Assembly: GCF_006345805.1 (NCBI RefSeq)
Contig: NC_043012.1
Coordinates: 10,540,001 to 10,604,000, forward strand
Source: Octopus sinensis
Taxonomy: Eukaryota
Direction of reading: 5' to 3'
DNA: 64,000 nt
Part shown: positions 1 to 11,986 of the stretch, in pieces
Layout of the letters: each line of letters begins with the position of its first letter
Numbering within the stretch: position 1 is the first letter of the stretch
Translations under genes and position numbers: made by a program
Notes under the pieces: generated by a model
Told to the model about the DNA's origin: nothing
Seen by the model: the letters and a program-made list of their open reading frames with translations, nothing else
The model's database searches: none

Positions 1-359
1 TTGCATGCATTATATATGTACTAACATATATATATGCAAGTAGATATTTGCATACATAAGAATATACATACATGCGAACACACTTGCATGCATACGTACG
101 TACATACATACATACAATCATATATATAGATATATACATACATATACATACATACATATACATATATACATACATACATATATATACATATATACTTGCA
201 TACATACATACATACATACATACATATAAATACATATATACATGCATACATACATACATACATACATACATCATACATATATATAGATATATACATACAT
301 ATACATACATACATATACATACATACATACATACATATATATATACATATATACTTGCA

Positions 360-391
<32 letters not shown>

Positions 392-409
392 AATACATAT
401 ATACATGCA

Positions 410-445
<36 letters not shown>

Positions 446-572
446 GATATATACATACATATACATACATACACACATACATACATATACAACATACATA
501 ATACATATATACTCATACATACATACATACATACATACATATAAATACTATATACATGCATACATACATACA

Positions 573-604
<32 letters not shown>

Positions 605-950
605 ATACATACATACTACATACATATACATACATACATACATGACTATACATACATACATATACATACATACATACATATATACATACATACATACTAC
701 ATACATACATACTACATACATATAAACATATATACATGCATACATACATACATACATACATAATACTACATACAATACATATATACACATACATACATAC
801 ATCATACATACATACATACATATAAACCATATATACATGCATACATACATACAATTACATACATACAGACATACATACATACATACATACATTACATCAT
901 ACATACTACATACATACATACATACACATACATACATACATTACATGCAT
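1..950. repeat. Degenerate (TACA)n/(TA)n microsatellite array
   Basis: Tetranucleotide ATAC units with scattered variants; source of the YIHT/MYVC pseudo-ORFs. Confidence 0.97.
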
Positions 951-1536
951 GGCAAACTTAGAAGCATGCATACGTAAACAAATATCTGCTCTTTTATTTA
1001 ATTCACGAGATGGATTTAATCCAGTGGAAGATTTTGGAATAGATGAATAGTTAAAAAAGAGAAAGAAAAAGATGAAATGATGGCAATCTGTTAATTGTTG
1101 GTGGATTGGAGGCTGGAACAATGTGAAATTAATTCTAACAATATACCAAGAACGGGCAAGTTTCGTCACGAACCAGCGAGGAGGAGATGAATACGTAACA
1201 CGAACTTGTATGCGGTACATTGTGATCTTCCGTTGTAATTAAGCAACGTGGGGGATAGAGTAAAAGTGCTTGTGTAGGTGGTAGTGGCGGTGCTGGTTGT
1301 GGCAACAGTGGCGGTGCTGCTGCTGCTGCTGCTTGTGGTGATGGTAATGTCGAGATGTTGCTGGTGGTGGTGGTAAAAGGAGCGGTAAAGCGAGAAGGAA
1401 AGATGTTAATAATTATAAATAACATCTTAAGATAATTGTTATTAAGCTAATTGCTTAAAGACATTTCGAAAGCGGGGGCCGAGGCAAGCTCGGTGCATTC
1501 TGTTTGTCTGGCAGAATATAATCATGGGAAACGATT

Positions 1537-1655
1537 TGTATGTATGTATGTATGTATGTATGTATGTATGTATGTATGTATGTGTGTATGTTGCATATAT
1601 ACACATCCATATAAATACATACATATATATATATATTATATATATATATATATAT

Positions 1656-1712
<57 letters not shown>

Positions 1713-1770
1713 GTGTGTGTGTGTGTGCATATGTATGTATGTATCTATATATATACATATATATATGCAC

Positions 1771-1816
<46 letters not shown>

Positions 1817-1890
1817 GTATATGTGTATTATATATATAGTCGCTATATATATATAGTCACTTCATTATATATTCTGTTGCTGCTATGCTG

Positions 1891-1982
<92 letters not shown>

Positions 1983-1988
1983 GATAAT

Positions 1989-2032
<44 letters not shown>

Positions 2033-2105
2033 GAAGAAGAAGAAGAAGAAGAAGAAGAAGAAGAAGAAGAAGAAGAAGAAGAAGAAGAAGAAGAAGAAGA
2101 AGAAT
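1537..2105. repeat. Compound microsatellite (TATG)n, (TA)n, (CTA)n, (TAA)n, (AGA)n
   Basis: Directly visible pure tracts. Confidence 0.97.
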
Positions 2106-2721
2106 AGTACTTTTGTCATTTCTGTTGTATTGTTCTTGTTACTAACAACAACCTTTGTTATTGTTTCATTCTGCTTATGGCTGGACGCAAGGTTCCCGGG
2201 CACTGTGTTCTGTGAACTATTGCGAACGGTTGTGAAATCTATGCACTATATAACGTTTGTGTATACTCTCGGACCGAAGTCAGGTCTACATGAACCTAGA
2301 TGAACGCTCTGACTTTTAATTCCCAGTTACCGCTAATAATGCCCTAGAAAAAAGGCACGGTCCTGACACTGTCGTCATTCACCTTTCTTGCAAACCTGGA
2401 TCATTGTCTTCCTATTTAGCGACCATTGTTGAGCTAACAGACTCTCTGCTCACAATTCCGAGCGACGCAGCTGTAGTTGTTTTTTTTTTTTTTTTGACTT
2501 TACTGGTGTTTATTTTAGTTTTCTTTATTGTTTTCCAGTTCTAAATTGAAGCCGTATCATTTGAATGTTGCCAAACAAAAGAGAGCACTCATAAGCGCGT
2601 TGTTAAGAAATCTAATTCGTACATACATGGTTCGAGACTCGCATGCACTGCCCCAGCACGGCACAGCACAGCAAAATTAAGCAAGGGCATTTTGCCAACT
2701 CTACGACTGGGCCCAGCATAA

Positions 2722-3147
2722 TACTCTTTACACTCTTTACTCTTTTACTTGTTTCAGTCATTTGACTGTGGCCATGCTGGAGCACCACCTTTGATCGAAC
2801 AAATCGACCAACCAGGGCTTATTCTTTGTAAGCCTAGTACTTATTCTATCGGTCTCTGGATGCCGAACCGCTAAGTTACGAGGACGTAAACACACCAGCA
2901 TCGGTTGTCAAGCGATGTTGAGGGGACAAACACAGACACAAAAGCACACACACACATATATATGTATATATATATACATATATACGACGGACTTCTTTCA
3001 GTTTCCGTCTACGAAATCCACTCACAAGGCTTCTGTCGGCCCGAGGCTATAGTAGAAACCATTTGCCCAAGGTGCCCCGCAGTGGGACTGAACCCAGAAC
3101 CATGTGATTCGTAAGCAAGCTACTTACCACACAGCCACTCCTACGCC
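2722..3147 (-). mobile_element. tRNA-derived SINE family A, near full length (probably the abundant octopus OK/Twinkle-type SINE; name from memory, unverified)
   Basis: Minus strand shows the family head GGAGTGGCTGTGTGGTAAGTAGCTTGCTTAC with A box TGGCTGTGTGG and B box GGTTCAGTCCC, CORE-like GGCACCTTGGGCAA, a central TA/TG microsatellite and tail AGTCAAATGACTGAAACAAGTAAAAGAG; about 17 copies in the window. Confidence 0.92.
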
Positions 3148-3789
3148 TAATAATTTAAACATATTTTACCTTTTATTTTTTATCTTTCATTTGTTTCAAT
3201 CACTGGAATGCGTCCATGCTTGAGCACAGCTTCGAAGGGTTTATTCAAACAAATTTAACCCAGGACTTATTTTGCCAAACAGCAACCTCACACAGTAAGT
3301 TTTGTTTACAGCAACTAGGTTTTCCAGGCTTCCATCCCTCTAAGCACTAACCGGACTTGCCTTTGCTTAACGTCGCATATCGTACAGGAACGGATGTGTT
3401 CCACTTGATAAGTATGAATTTATTATATCAAATTTTGTCACTATTAAGCTGGGTTTTGGAATATAAATTAAATGAAAAATTGATTGCAGGTATTAATTTA
3501 AATGACTTTCATAGAGGCATTTTGTATCATAGAACTAGGGGCGTTTTCCGGCGAACTGCTTACTCTATTCCGATCACTTCCTTTGAATGCGAATTGGAAG
3601 AATTTTGGTTCTTATGGAAATGATATTCTCAAAATTAATGCAAGCTGGTAGTGAGATTTTAAATATATATTATAAATTCTATTTCATGGAATCGTAGCTC
3701 CCTTTAGAGAGTTAAACTGTTTCTTGCGATGATCCAGATAGGGGACAGTCAGAGTCTTAGATCAAAACTGTGGAACTCAGCATCTTACG

Positions 3790-4482
3790 TGTACATACGC
3801 ACTTGCATACATATCATATATCTATGTGAAGTTGGTTTTCCTTGTAGAACCTCTCTCCTTGTTTGAATAGGAATTCCTAACCTTCCAACAGCTTGGAGCA
3901 TATTCCATAGTTTGGACGTCCACATTTTTTAACTGTTGGTTTCGTGGTTGTTGTTTAATGCTTCTCATTTGTTAAAGGTCTTTTCAGCGATTTGTGATGC
4001 TTTTTGCACTTGATGAATCTATGTGCTTTTATAATATTGTTCCTTTATGGATTCTTAGTGAGCATAGGCAAATTTTATACGATAGTGTAATATGCCATGT
4101 AGTTTCTAGGGTTGTGATTTGAGATGTGGTGTGACGTTTTGTTGCCTTTAGTATTTTAATGTATAATTTCGTATCACGCTCAATTTCATTGTCTATAAGT
4201 GAGAGTTTATATTGTATTTAAGTTAGTATTGTCCTGAGGTTTTGAAGATGGAGGTCCCTAGTATTTCCATCACATCCTATTGTGCAAATCCTTTTTGCTA
4301 AATTTAAGGGGATATTTATTTTGATGGGTTTCGAGTGGTATAAACTAAACAGTAGATATTGCTTTAAGTCCGTTGGTTTATGATAACTGTCAGTTACAAT
4401 TTGGTTGTTGACTTTTTATTATAATATCTAAGAAAGGGAGCTGTTCTTTGCTATATTCCATAGTAAATTGAATGTTATTTTA
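3790..4482 (-). mobile_element. Penelope-like retroelement remnant: RT C-terminus and linker with Cys knuckle (degraded)
   Basis: Minus-strand translation FTMEYSKEQLPFLDIII, ...YHKPTDLKQYLLF...KINIPLNLAKRICTI and KKCGRPNYGICSKLLEG resemble PLE RT thumb and CxxPxCxxC linker motifs; stops and frameshifts present. Confidence 0.75.
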
Positions 4483-4483
4483 T

Positions 4484-4930
4484 AACTATATAGGATAGAC
4501 AAGTATGATTTTGAGACGGAGAACTACACTACATAAGGAGCCCAGTTTCCGCAGTACAGAGAGATTCCTTTGCGTGAACACTTAGAGAGATGTGCAGGCA
4601 ATACCCAACCGAACTTCACAGTTTTCCCCATCTACCAGTGCTAAGAAACAATTTCTGTGCTAGAATGCTTAAATAAAGAAAATTTATTTAAATACTTTAG
4701 CTTTTGAACTTTTGTATATATATTTATTTATCCCCTCTCCAAAAGATGAGCAATTACTTTCCTTCTCCCCAATAATAAAGATCATCAATTATCACCCCTT
4801 AAATTTTTCTACTTGTTGAATCATTCATTTCTCCACACACAACATAGACTAAAACCATCTTAAGAAAATACGAAATTATAATAATTTCAATGTCATGATT
4901 AGTGAAAACGAAACCGGTCGACAAATACAT
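4484..4930 (+). mobile_element. Penelope-like element 3' part: GIY-YIG endonuclease C-terminus and 3' UTR/pLTR
   Basis: Plus-strand NYIG*TSMILRRRTTLHKE, then (frameshift) QYREIPLREHLERCAGNTQPNFTVFPIYQC; hammerhead-like motif at 4891-4923. Confidence 0.7.
4891..4923 (+). ncRNA. Minimal type-I hammerhead ribozyme motif with two core mutations (probably inactive)
   Basis: TGTC-ATGATTA-GT GAAA AC-GAAAC CG GTC-GACA: stem I TGTC/GACA, stem II GT/AC, palindromic stem III ACCGGT, GUC triplet; core ATGATTA versus CTGATGA. Confidence 0.65.
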
Positions 4931-5012
4931 TAATCTATCACTTATAATATATATTTAAAAATATATCAAAACTATGTAAACTGAGTGCATTTTCCTTCTT
5001 ATGTATATATAT

Positions 5013-5525
5013 ATATGCTTTTACTGTGAATAGTTTTGTGAAGCAGAGTCGATTTTTACAATTCTGGAAATAATAATATTCTATTAGCCTAAAGCTTATA
5101 GCGATCACCGAGCAATGACTAAAGAAAATAGTCTAGTAATGGGGTATATAAGTCTTCGACAGAAAAAAATATGGGTTATCCGCACGTGCGGGATTCGATC
5201 ACATACTTTGTTTACGCGGCCAAGTCTGCTCCCGAGAACATCAGCGAACCTACCTGTTTTTTTCCGTCGATTTAAGGACTATAATTGGTTCGTAGTTGTT
5301 TTTGCAAACAAACTTTCATATGCTTTTACTGCACATGGTTTTGTTAAGCAGTGTCAATTTTTACAATTCTGTAAATAATAGTAATAATGTTATATTATAA
5401 GCTTAAATCTCATAGCAATCACCGCGCAGTGACTAAAGAGCGATCACCGCGCAGTGACTAAAGAAAACAGTCTAATAATGAAGTATATAATCCCACGACA
5501 GAAAAAGTAGGTTTTCTGTACGCAT
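5013..5525. repeat. Imperfect tandem duplication, period 305 bp, with an internal ~24-bp tandem duplication
   Basis: ATATGCTTTTACTG...TTTTTACAATTCTG...GACTAAAGAAAA...GACAGAAAAA recurs at 5013 and 5318; ATCACCGCGCAGTGACTAAAGA is doubled in copy 2. Confidence 0.85.
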
Positions 5526-6384
5526 AAAGGCCAATGTGTGCAAATGTGTCTAACTAAAATAGCATGCTCGGTCGAATGATTAAAATATAGGTACACTGAC
5601 ATGATAACCCGAGGTTGGATTTCTTGGACAAGTGTCTTCTATACCGTATACTTCGGTCTATGTGCGATCTATGCATGAAACCTTTTGGATTCGATGTTTC
5701 TGTAATACAGGGAAAAGAGATGTGTCACATATCAGGGAACGATACTCCCACCAAAGAAAGAACAGAATCTGCACACACTATCAATTACTCAGTCTCGTAA
5801 TTCGTTATATAACAAATCCGTTAATCAAATTGGGGAAGATATACATTTCTATTTTACATTTCTATTATTCAAATGGTATATGCAGTGAAATACGAAAACC
5901 TAGGATAGGTTGCATTCATATCAACCGGTATCAATTAACTTCCTTTAGTTTTATTTCAGTAATCATAATGTAAACGGGCCAGTCGATGATGAAATTCTCG
6001 GCATTAAGGTCTGTGCTGTGAGATCTTCTCTACCTTGATGAGGGAGGCTCGTCTTATTCTATGCTAATTGCATCCAGTACGGCCGTATATCGTGATGAAC
6101 TACATCTACCAATATTATCATGGATCTCTGAGTCTCGAGAGGTAGCTGTTGGTCTCATAACACCTTTCTACCACTCATTCAATTTTCTCAGTCGTTTGTA
6201 CTCTGTGTAAGTTAGATGTATTAACTTAAATATTTATATACTTGTAATTAACTATCCCTATTCATCGTATGAAAATCTCCATCTTTTGCTTTCTCTTGCT
6301 GTACATGCAAACATATATATACATCTTTTGTGGTTCATACCCAAATTGTTACATTATATCTAATATATATAATTTGTTTATCTG

Positions 6385-6424
<40 letters not shown>

Positions 6425-6597
6425 TATATATATTATATATATATATATATATATAATATATATATATATATATTATATATATTATATATATATATATATA
6501 TATAATTATGTGTCTATATATATATATTATACTTATAAATATATATATACATATATAGTTACAAATTGAGATAGGGGTTGTAAATGCAACCCTCCAT

Positions 6598-6626
6598 GGG
6601 ATAACATATATCCAATATACTGCTAG
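6598..6626 (+). mobile_element. Possible Helitron-type 3' terminus
   Basis: Hairpin GGATA/TATCC followed by ATACTGCTAG|T, the same last 10 nt as the terminus at 41690. Confidence 0.3.
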
Positions 6627-7417
6627 TGAAGTGCCAAACAAAGTTAATACATAAATGTTAATGATTGCGATGCAGTCAATTCATTTACTGTATTATATGG
6701 GCAAAAGTAAAATGATTTACCACAAATTACTAATACAAGATAAGAAAATGGAGAAATACATCTAAATCAAATATCAATTACCAGATAATACTCAATCACA
6801 TACTTTATTAAACCACCACATAAGAGACTGTAGGGTTAAACATAAAAAAGCAGAACAAATCAGTGTACATAAAGGAATGTACATAAAAAAGTGTACATAA
6901 AAGAGTAATGTTGTATAATAAGTAGAATATATATAAAAAAGAGAATATACATATAAGTAAATATAAATATAAGTATAGATTAAATCTTACAGCTGTTACG
7001 GCCATGTAGATAAGTATGTCTCATTTTACCAATATTGGCCTTTTATGGTAGGTCAATATATAGATATAAATGAGACATTTACAAAAATATCGTAAGGCCT
7101 CCTCGGAGATATACATATACATATGAGTGCATATACTCACACTCCTATACATATAAAAATATACATATACATAATGATGCAAATAAATAGTATAAATTAG
7201 TAAACATATATACGTTCCATATTCAATGTTTCAGTTCTTCAACTTAATATTGTGATAATAAAAATACACATATTAGTACCTAGATGCAAATATACATAGT
7301 CAATAGTACATTATATTACTTCCTACTAATTTCCAAAGTGTCATTAAAGTATTATTATTAATATTATTATTATTATTATTATTATTATTGTTGTTGTTGT
7401 TGTTGTTATTATAATTG

Positions 7418-7465
<48 letters not shown>

Positions 7466-7489
7466 TATATATATATATATAACGGGAAG

Positions 7490-7640
7490 CTTTATGAAAA
7501 TAGACAAAAGACGAAGGCAGGTGGAAACAAACGAACAATTGTATTAGTATGGCGCTCAGGAAATATAAATAAAACAAGTCTTTAACGTTTCGAGCCTACG
7601 CTCTTCAACAGAAAGATACACAGAGAGAAAAAAAACACAG
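7490..7640 (-). mobile_element. ~150-nt hammerhead-bearing dispersed repeat (family H, copy 1; solo PLE pLTR or retrozyme-like)
   Basis: Minus strand TCTTT-CTGTTGA-A-GAGC GTAG GCTC-GAAAC-GTT-AAAGA at 7579-7616, with a downstream body shared with copies near 14.0, 27.0 and 45.9 kb. Confidence 0.7.
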
Positions 7641-7812
7641 AAAGAAGGAGAGAAAAAAAATGCGTGCAGTAGCTAACGAATCAACATACACGCATACATA
7701 CATACGTATATATATATATATATATATATATATGAATATGCACACAGAACGCACATACAAACTTGCATACATACACATACACACACATATATATATACAT
7801 ATTGTGTTTATA

Positions 7813-7862
<50 letters not shown>

Positions 7863-8199
7863 CGAGAGAGATAAAGATAGAGATAGATAGATGGATAGAT
7901 AGATTGATAGATGCATACATACATATATAAATACATAAATACTTTCATACATACATAAATACATACATACAAATGTATGTATGTACATATAAATTTATAT
8001 GCAGAATACAAATATACTCACACATGGATGAAACACATACATAAATGTGTACCACAGATAGTAATGCATAAGATATCTTTGGGTCATATATATCATACGC
8101 AAAATGAAAATAAGAACACGTAATTAACCTCCTACTCCTGTTACTTAAATATTTTGCATTGTCAAATCTTTCTGTTAGAGAGAAGCGAATCACTGTCAA

Positions 8200-8460
8200 A
8201 GAGAAATCCATCCATCCATCCAGCCATCCATTCATCCATCTATCCATCTATCCATCCATCCATCTATCCATCTATCCATCCATCTATCCATCCATCCATC
8301 CATCCATCCATCCATCCATCCATTCATCCATCCATCCATCCATCCATCCATCTATCCACCCATCCATCCATCCACCCATCGATCTATCCATCCATCCATC
8401 CATCCATCTATCCATCTATCCATCCATCCATCCATACAATCATCTATCCATCCATACATA
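8200..8460. repeat. (TCCA)n/(TCTA) microsatellite
   Basis: Directly visible. Confidence 0.97.
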
Positions 8461-8619
8461 TATATATACATACACCCATACATAGAGACTGAGAGACAGA
8501 CTGACAGATAGACTGGCAAACTGACGGACAGACATATTTATAGAGATAGAGGGAAATTGGTTGGTAACAGACGCACTCTCACGCACGTGTATGAATAAAC
8601 GTACCTGTTTATATAATAA

Positions 8620-8735
8620 AGCGTTGCTGTGTGGTAAGGAGTGTGCTTCCCAAGCACATGGTTCCGGGTTCGGTCCCACTTGGACAAGTGTCTTTTGCTA
8701 TAGCCTCGGGTAGACAGAAACTGAATGAAACCCGA
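8620..8735 (+). mobile_element. SINE family A, 5' fragment with deletions
   Basis: GCTGTGTGGTAAG...GGTTCCGGGTTCGGTCCC...CAAGTGTCTT...TAGACAGAAACTGAA. Confidence 0.8.
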
Positions 8736-8878
8736 GTGTGTATATATATATGCGAGTGTGTGTGAGTATGTGTGTTTGTGTGCGTGAGTTTGTATGTGCA
8801 TGTGTGTGTGATTCATATATATTCATGTATATATACACACATTTAAACGTATATGGACATGCACATGTGCAATCAGAC

Positions 8879-8914
<36 letters not shown>

Positions 8915-8919
<5 letters not shown>

Positions 8920-9712
8920 CACACATACATACATACATACATACATACATACATACATACATACGTACGTACACATACATACATACATACATACATACAT
9001 ACATACGTACATACATACATACATATACATACATACATACATACATACATACGTACATACATACGTACATACGTACATACATACATACATACATACATAC
9101 GTACATACATACATACATACGTACATACATACATACATACATACATACATACGTACATACATACATACATACGTACATACATACGTACGTACATACATAC
9201 ATACATACATACGTACATACATACATACATACATACGTACATACATACATACATACATACATACATACATACGTACGTACATACATACATACATACATAC
9301 ATACATACATACGTACATACATACGTACATACGTACATACATACATACATACGTACGTACATACATACGTACATACATACATACGTACATACATACATAC
9401 ATACATACATACATACATACATACGTACGTACATACATACGTACGTACATACATACATACATACATACGTACATACATACATACATACATACGTACATAC
9501 ATACATACATACATACATACATACATACATACGTACGTACATACATACATACATACATACATACATACATACATACGTACATACATACGTACATACGTAC
9601 ATACATACATACATACGTACGTACATACATACGTACATACATACATACATACATACATACGTACATACATACATACATACATACATACATACGTACATAC
9701 ATACATACATAC
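8915..9712. repeat. ~800-bp (TACA)n array with interspersed TACG units
   Basis: Directly visible; explains the 290-348 aa pseudo-ORFs. Confidence 0.98.
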
Positions 9713-10204
9713 AACAGACACATGAAGTCGCATTCCAAGTACACTATTTAATTTCATTTCATTGTACTCCAGAAATCTCGCCTTATTGTATTTTAATTCG
9801 TTTAGGGCGTCTTTTTAGTAACCCTTCTGCGTTGCCTCTGTTTCAGAATAACTAACAAATGAATGTGCGGGATAGGTGGTCGCCCCTTACAATGTAACGC
9901 CATTTTCCCCTAGGTTCCATTCTTTGAAGTACAGGCTGCAGCCTATGAAAATATTTATGTATTCACTCCCCATGTTTAAAGGAGAACTCTGACATAATAA
10001 TGCTTGTGAATCATTGTGTTCCACCTTTGCGTGTTTGTCTGTGTGTGGGTTTATGTGTTTAATCAAATTATGGACACATTGACACATACTCGTAGACGTG
10101 TTTATATGTATAAATGCATTCGTATATATGGTTTTACTTGAAGGCGTGTATTTTTGTGTGTATTTATATTTATCTTTTAACTTTAATCTTTTCCATGTTT
10201 CAAT

Positions 10205-10580
10205 CATTAGACAGCGGCCATGCTAGGGCAAGTGGTGAGGAATTTTTAGTCGAATGAATTGACTTCAGTACATGTTTTTTTTTAATCTTTCAAACCTGGT
10301 AATTATTCCGTCGGTTTTTTGCCGAACCACCAAGTTACGAGGACATAAAAACACTAGTACCGATCGATGGAGGCTAAACACACACACACAACCACACGCT
10401 CACACAACCACACACACACACACACGCACACGTACATGTGTGTATATAAACGACAGGCTACTTTCAGTTTCCGTCTACTCACAAGCCTTTGGTCGGCCCG
10501 AGGCTATAGTGGAAGACACTTGCCCAAGGTGTGATGCTGTGAATCCCGGTCCAAGAATTTTGGAAGCAAACTTCTAACCA
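10205..10580 (-). mobile_element. SINE family A, diverged copy
   Basis: GCCGAACC...AAACAC...CTTTCAGTTTCCGTCTAC...GGTCGGCCCGAGGCTATAGT...CTTGCCCAAGG. Confidence 0.8.
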
Positions 10581-10619
10581 TAGAATCACACACGAGGTTT
10601 TCGTCAGATTTCATTTTTC

Positions 10620-11100
10620 ACAGAACGCATCACGCAGATATATTGCATTAAGCTTTGCCAAACTTGTTTTATAATACACAAGCTCAAACCATCCAAAAGT
10701 TCCAGTTGGCTTGTGGCGATGACGCCATTGGGAAAACTCAGATCAAAGAGCGGTATAACCGATTCATATATGGCGGCATCTAAGTTCAGGCAGACCATCC
10801 GCAACACAAAACGGAGGCCAATTGAGAAGGTTCCGCAAATAGTCATGGAAGAACGTTGTGTAACAGTCCAGGAAATTGCTAACAAATAGAGATAGGCACC
10901 GGATCAATACATTTCATTTTAATGGAGGATGTGTGAGAGTAGAATGTATTAGTGAAATTTGCCCAAAGGTGCTGGCAGAGTAGCAGAAATAATTTCGCAT
11001 GGAAATCCCTCGGAACATGCTGAACTGGGTAAACCATGAACCAGACTTCATAAACATCATCATTACTGGGGATTAGACATCGGTTTAAAGCTTCTGCTCA
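10620..11100 (+). mobile_element. Mariner transposase 5' half (degraded)
   Basis: Piecewise translation AQTIQKFQLACGDDAIGKTQIKERYNRF, IEKVPQIVMEERCVTVQEIA, WVNHEPDFINIIITGD match mariner HTH and first catalytic TGD motifs; many stops. Confidence 0.8.
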
Positions 11101-11374
11101 ATGCGTTTGTTCATCTTGCTGTGAAAGCCAAAGTTCGACAAGTCTGCTCTATAACTCTGTACTCCAGGTGTCACAGGTGGGGACTAATGCGGCCTACCAT
11201 CCCAAAATTTCCTCTGTAGGCAGCAAGGGTGGTGTCACTTTCTATGCAGCTTTAGTTTTGCCGGCCAAATTATGAATACCTTTTGAAAACTATATGTATA
11301 TTAAGTATGTAAAAAATTATATATCCATATGTATGTATTTATCTTTATGTATTGTTGTTTGTTCCTTCTCAATC

Positions 11375-11660
11375 CACGCCTGGCACATAGGGCCGGTTTC
11401 TCGATTTCTTTGGCGTATAGGTTCTCCACCCGGACGGGACGCCGGTCCGTCGCAGGTGAACTGCAAGCTGCAAGAGGAAAGAGTGAGAGAAAGTCGTGGC
11501 GAAAGAGTCAGCAGAAGTTTCGCCATTACCTTCTGCCGGGGCCGCGTGGAGCTTAGGTGCTTCGCTCATAAACACACACATCGTCCGGTCTGAGATTCGA
11601 ACCCGCAATCCGTCGACTGCGAGTCCGCTGCAGTAACCACTAGGCCATGTGCCTCCACAT
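11375..11660 (-). mobile_element. tRNA-derived SINE family C
   Basis: Minus head GGAGGCACATGGCCTAGTGGTTA...GCGGGTTCGAATCTC; 3' part CTGCGACGGACCGGCGTCCCGTCC...GAAACCGGCCC (V-domain-like, from memory); second copy at 43975. Confidence 0.85.
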
Positions 11661-11681
11661 CTATATGTATATATCTATTGA

Positions 11682-11912
11682 AGGCGGCGCGCTGGCAGAA
11701 ACGTTAGCACGCCGGGCGAAATGCGTTGCCGTATTTCGTCTGCCGTTACGTTCCGAGTTCAAATTCCGCCGAGGTCGACTTTACCTTTCATCCTTCCGGG
11801 GTCGATAAATTAAGTACCAGTTACGCACTGGGGTCTATGTAATCGACTTAATCCGTGTGTCTGTCCTTGTTTGTCTCCTCTGTGTTTAGCCCCTTGTGGG
11901 TAGTAAAGAAAT
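11682..11912 (+). mobile_element. tRNA-derived SINE family B (B1 tail)
   Basis: GCTGGCAGAAACGTTAGC...GAGTTCAAATTCCGCCGAGGTCGACTTTACCTTTCATCCTTCCGGGGTCGATAAATTAAGTACCAG (Meta-domain-like, from memory); tail CCCCTTGTGGGTAGTAAAGAAATA. Confidence 0.9.
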
Positions 11913-11945
11913 ATATATGTATATATCTATATATATATGTATGTA

Positions 11946-11985
<40 letters not shown>

Positions 11986-11986
<1 letters not shown>

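Noticed and set aside
21-937. 100-160 aa ORFs of MYVC/YIHT type, and similar ones at 8698-9757, 31966-32338, 46969-47670 and 58944-59296
   Set aside because: They are translations of stop-free tetranucleotide microsatellites, not genes.
5632-5973. 113-aa ORF in low-complexity-free sequence
   Set aside because: TTG/GTG-type or weak start, no recognisable domain, and its beginning overlaps a SINE-head remnant.
8615-8680. tRNA gene calls from A/B boxes here and at other SINE heads
   Set aside because: The boxes run into SINE bodies with no acceptor stem, so they are SINE promoters.
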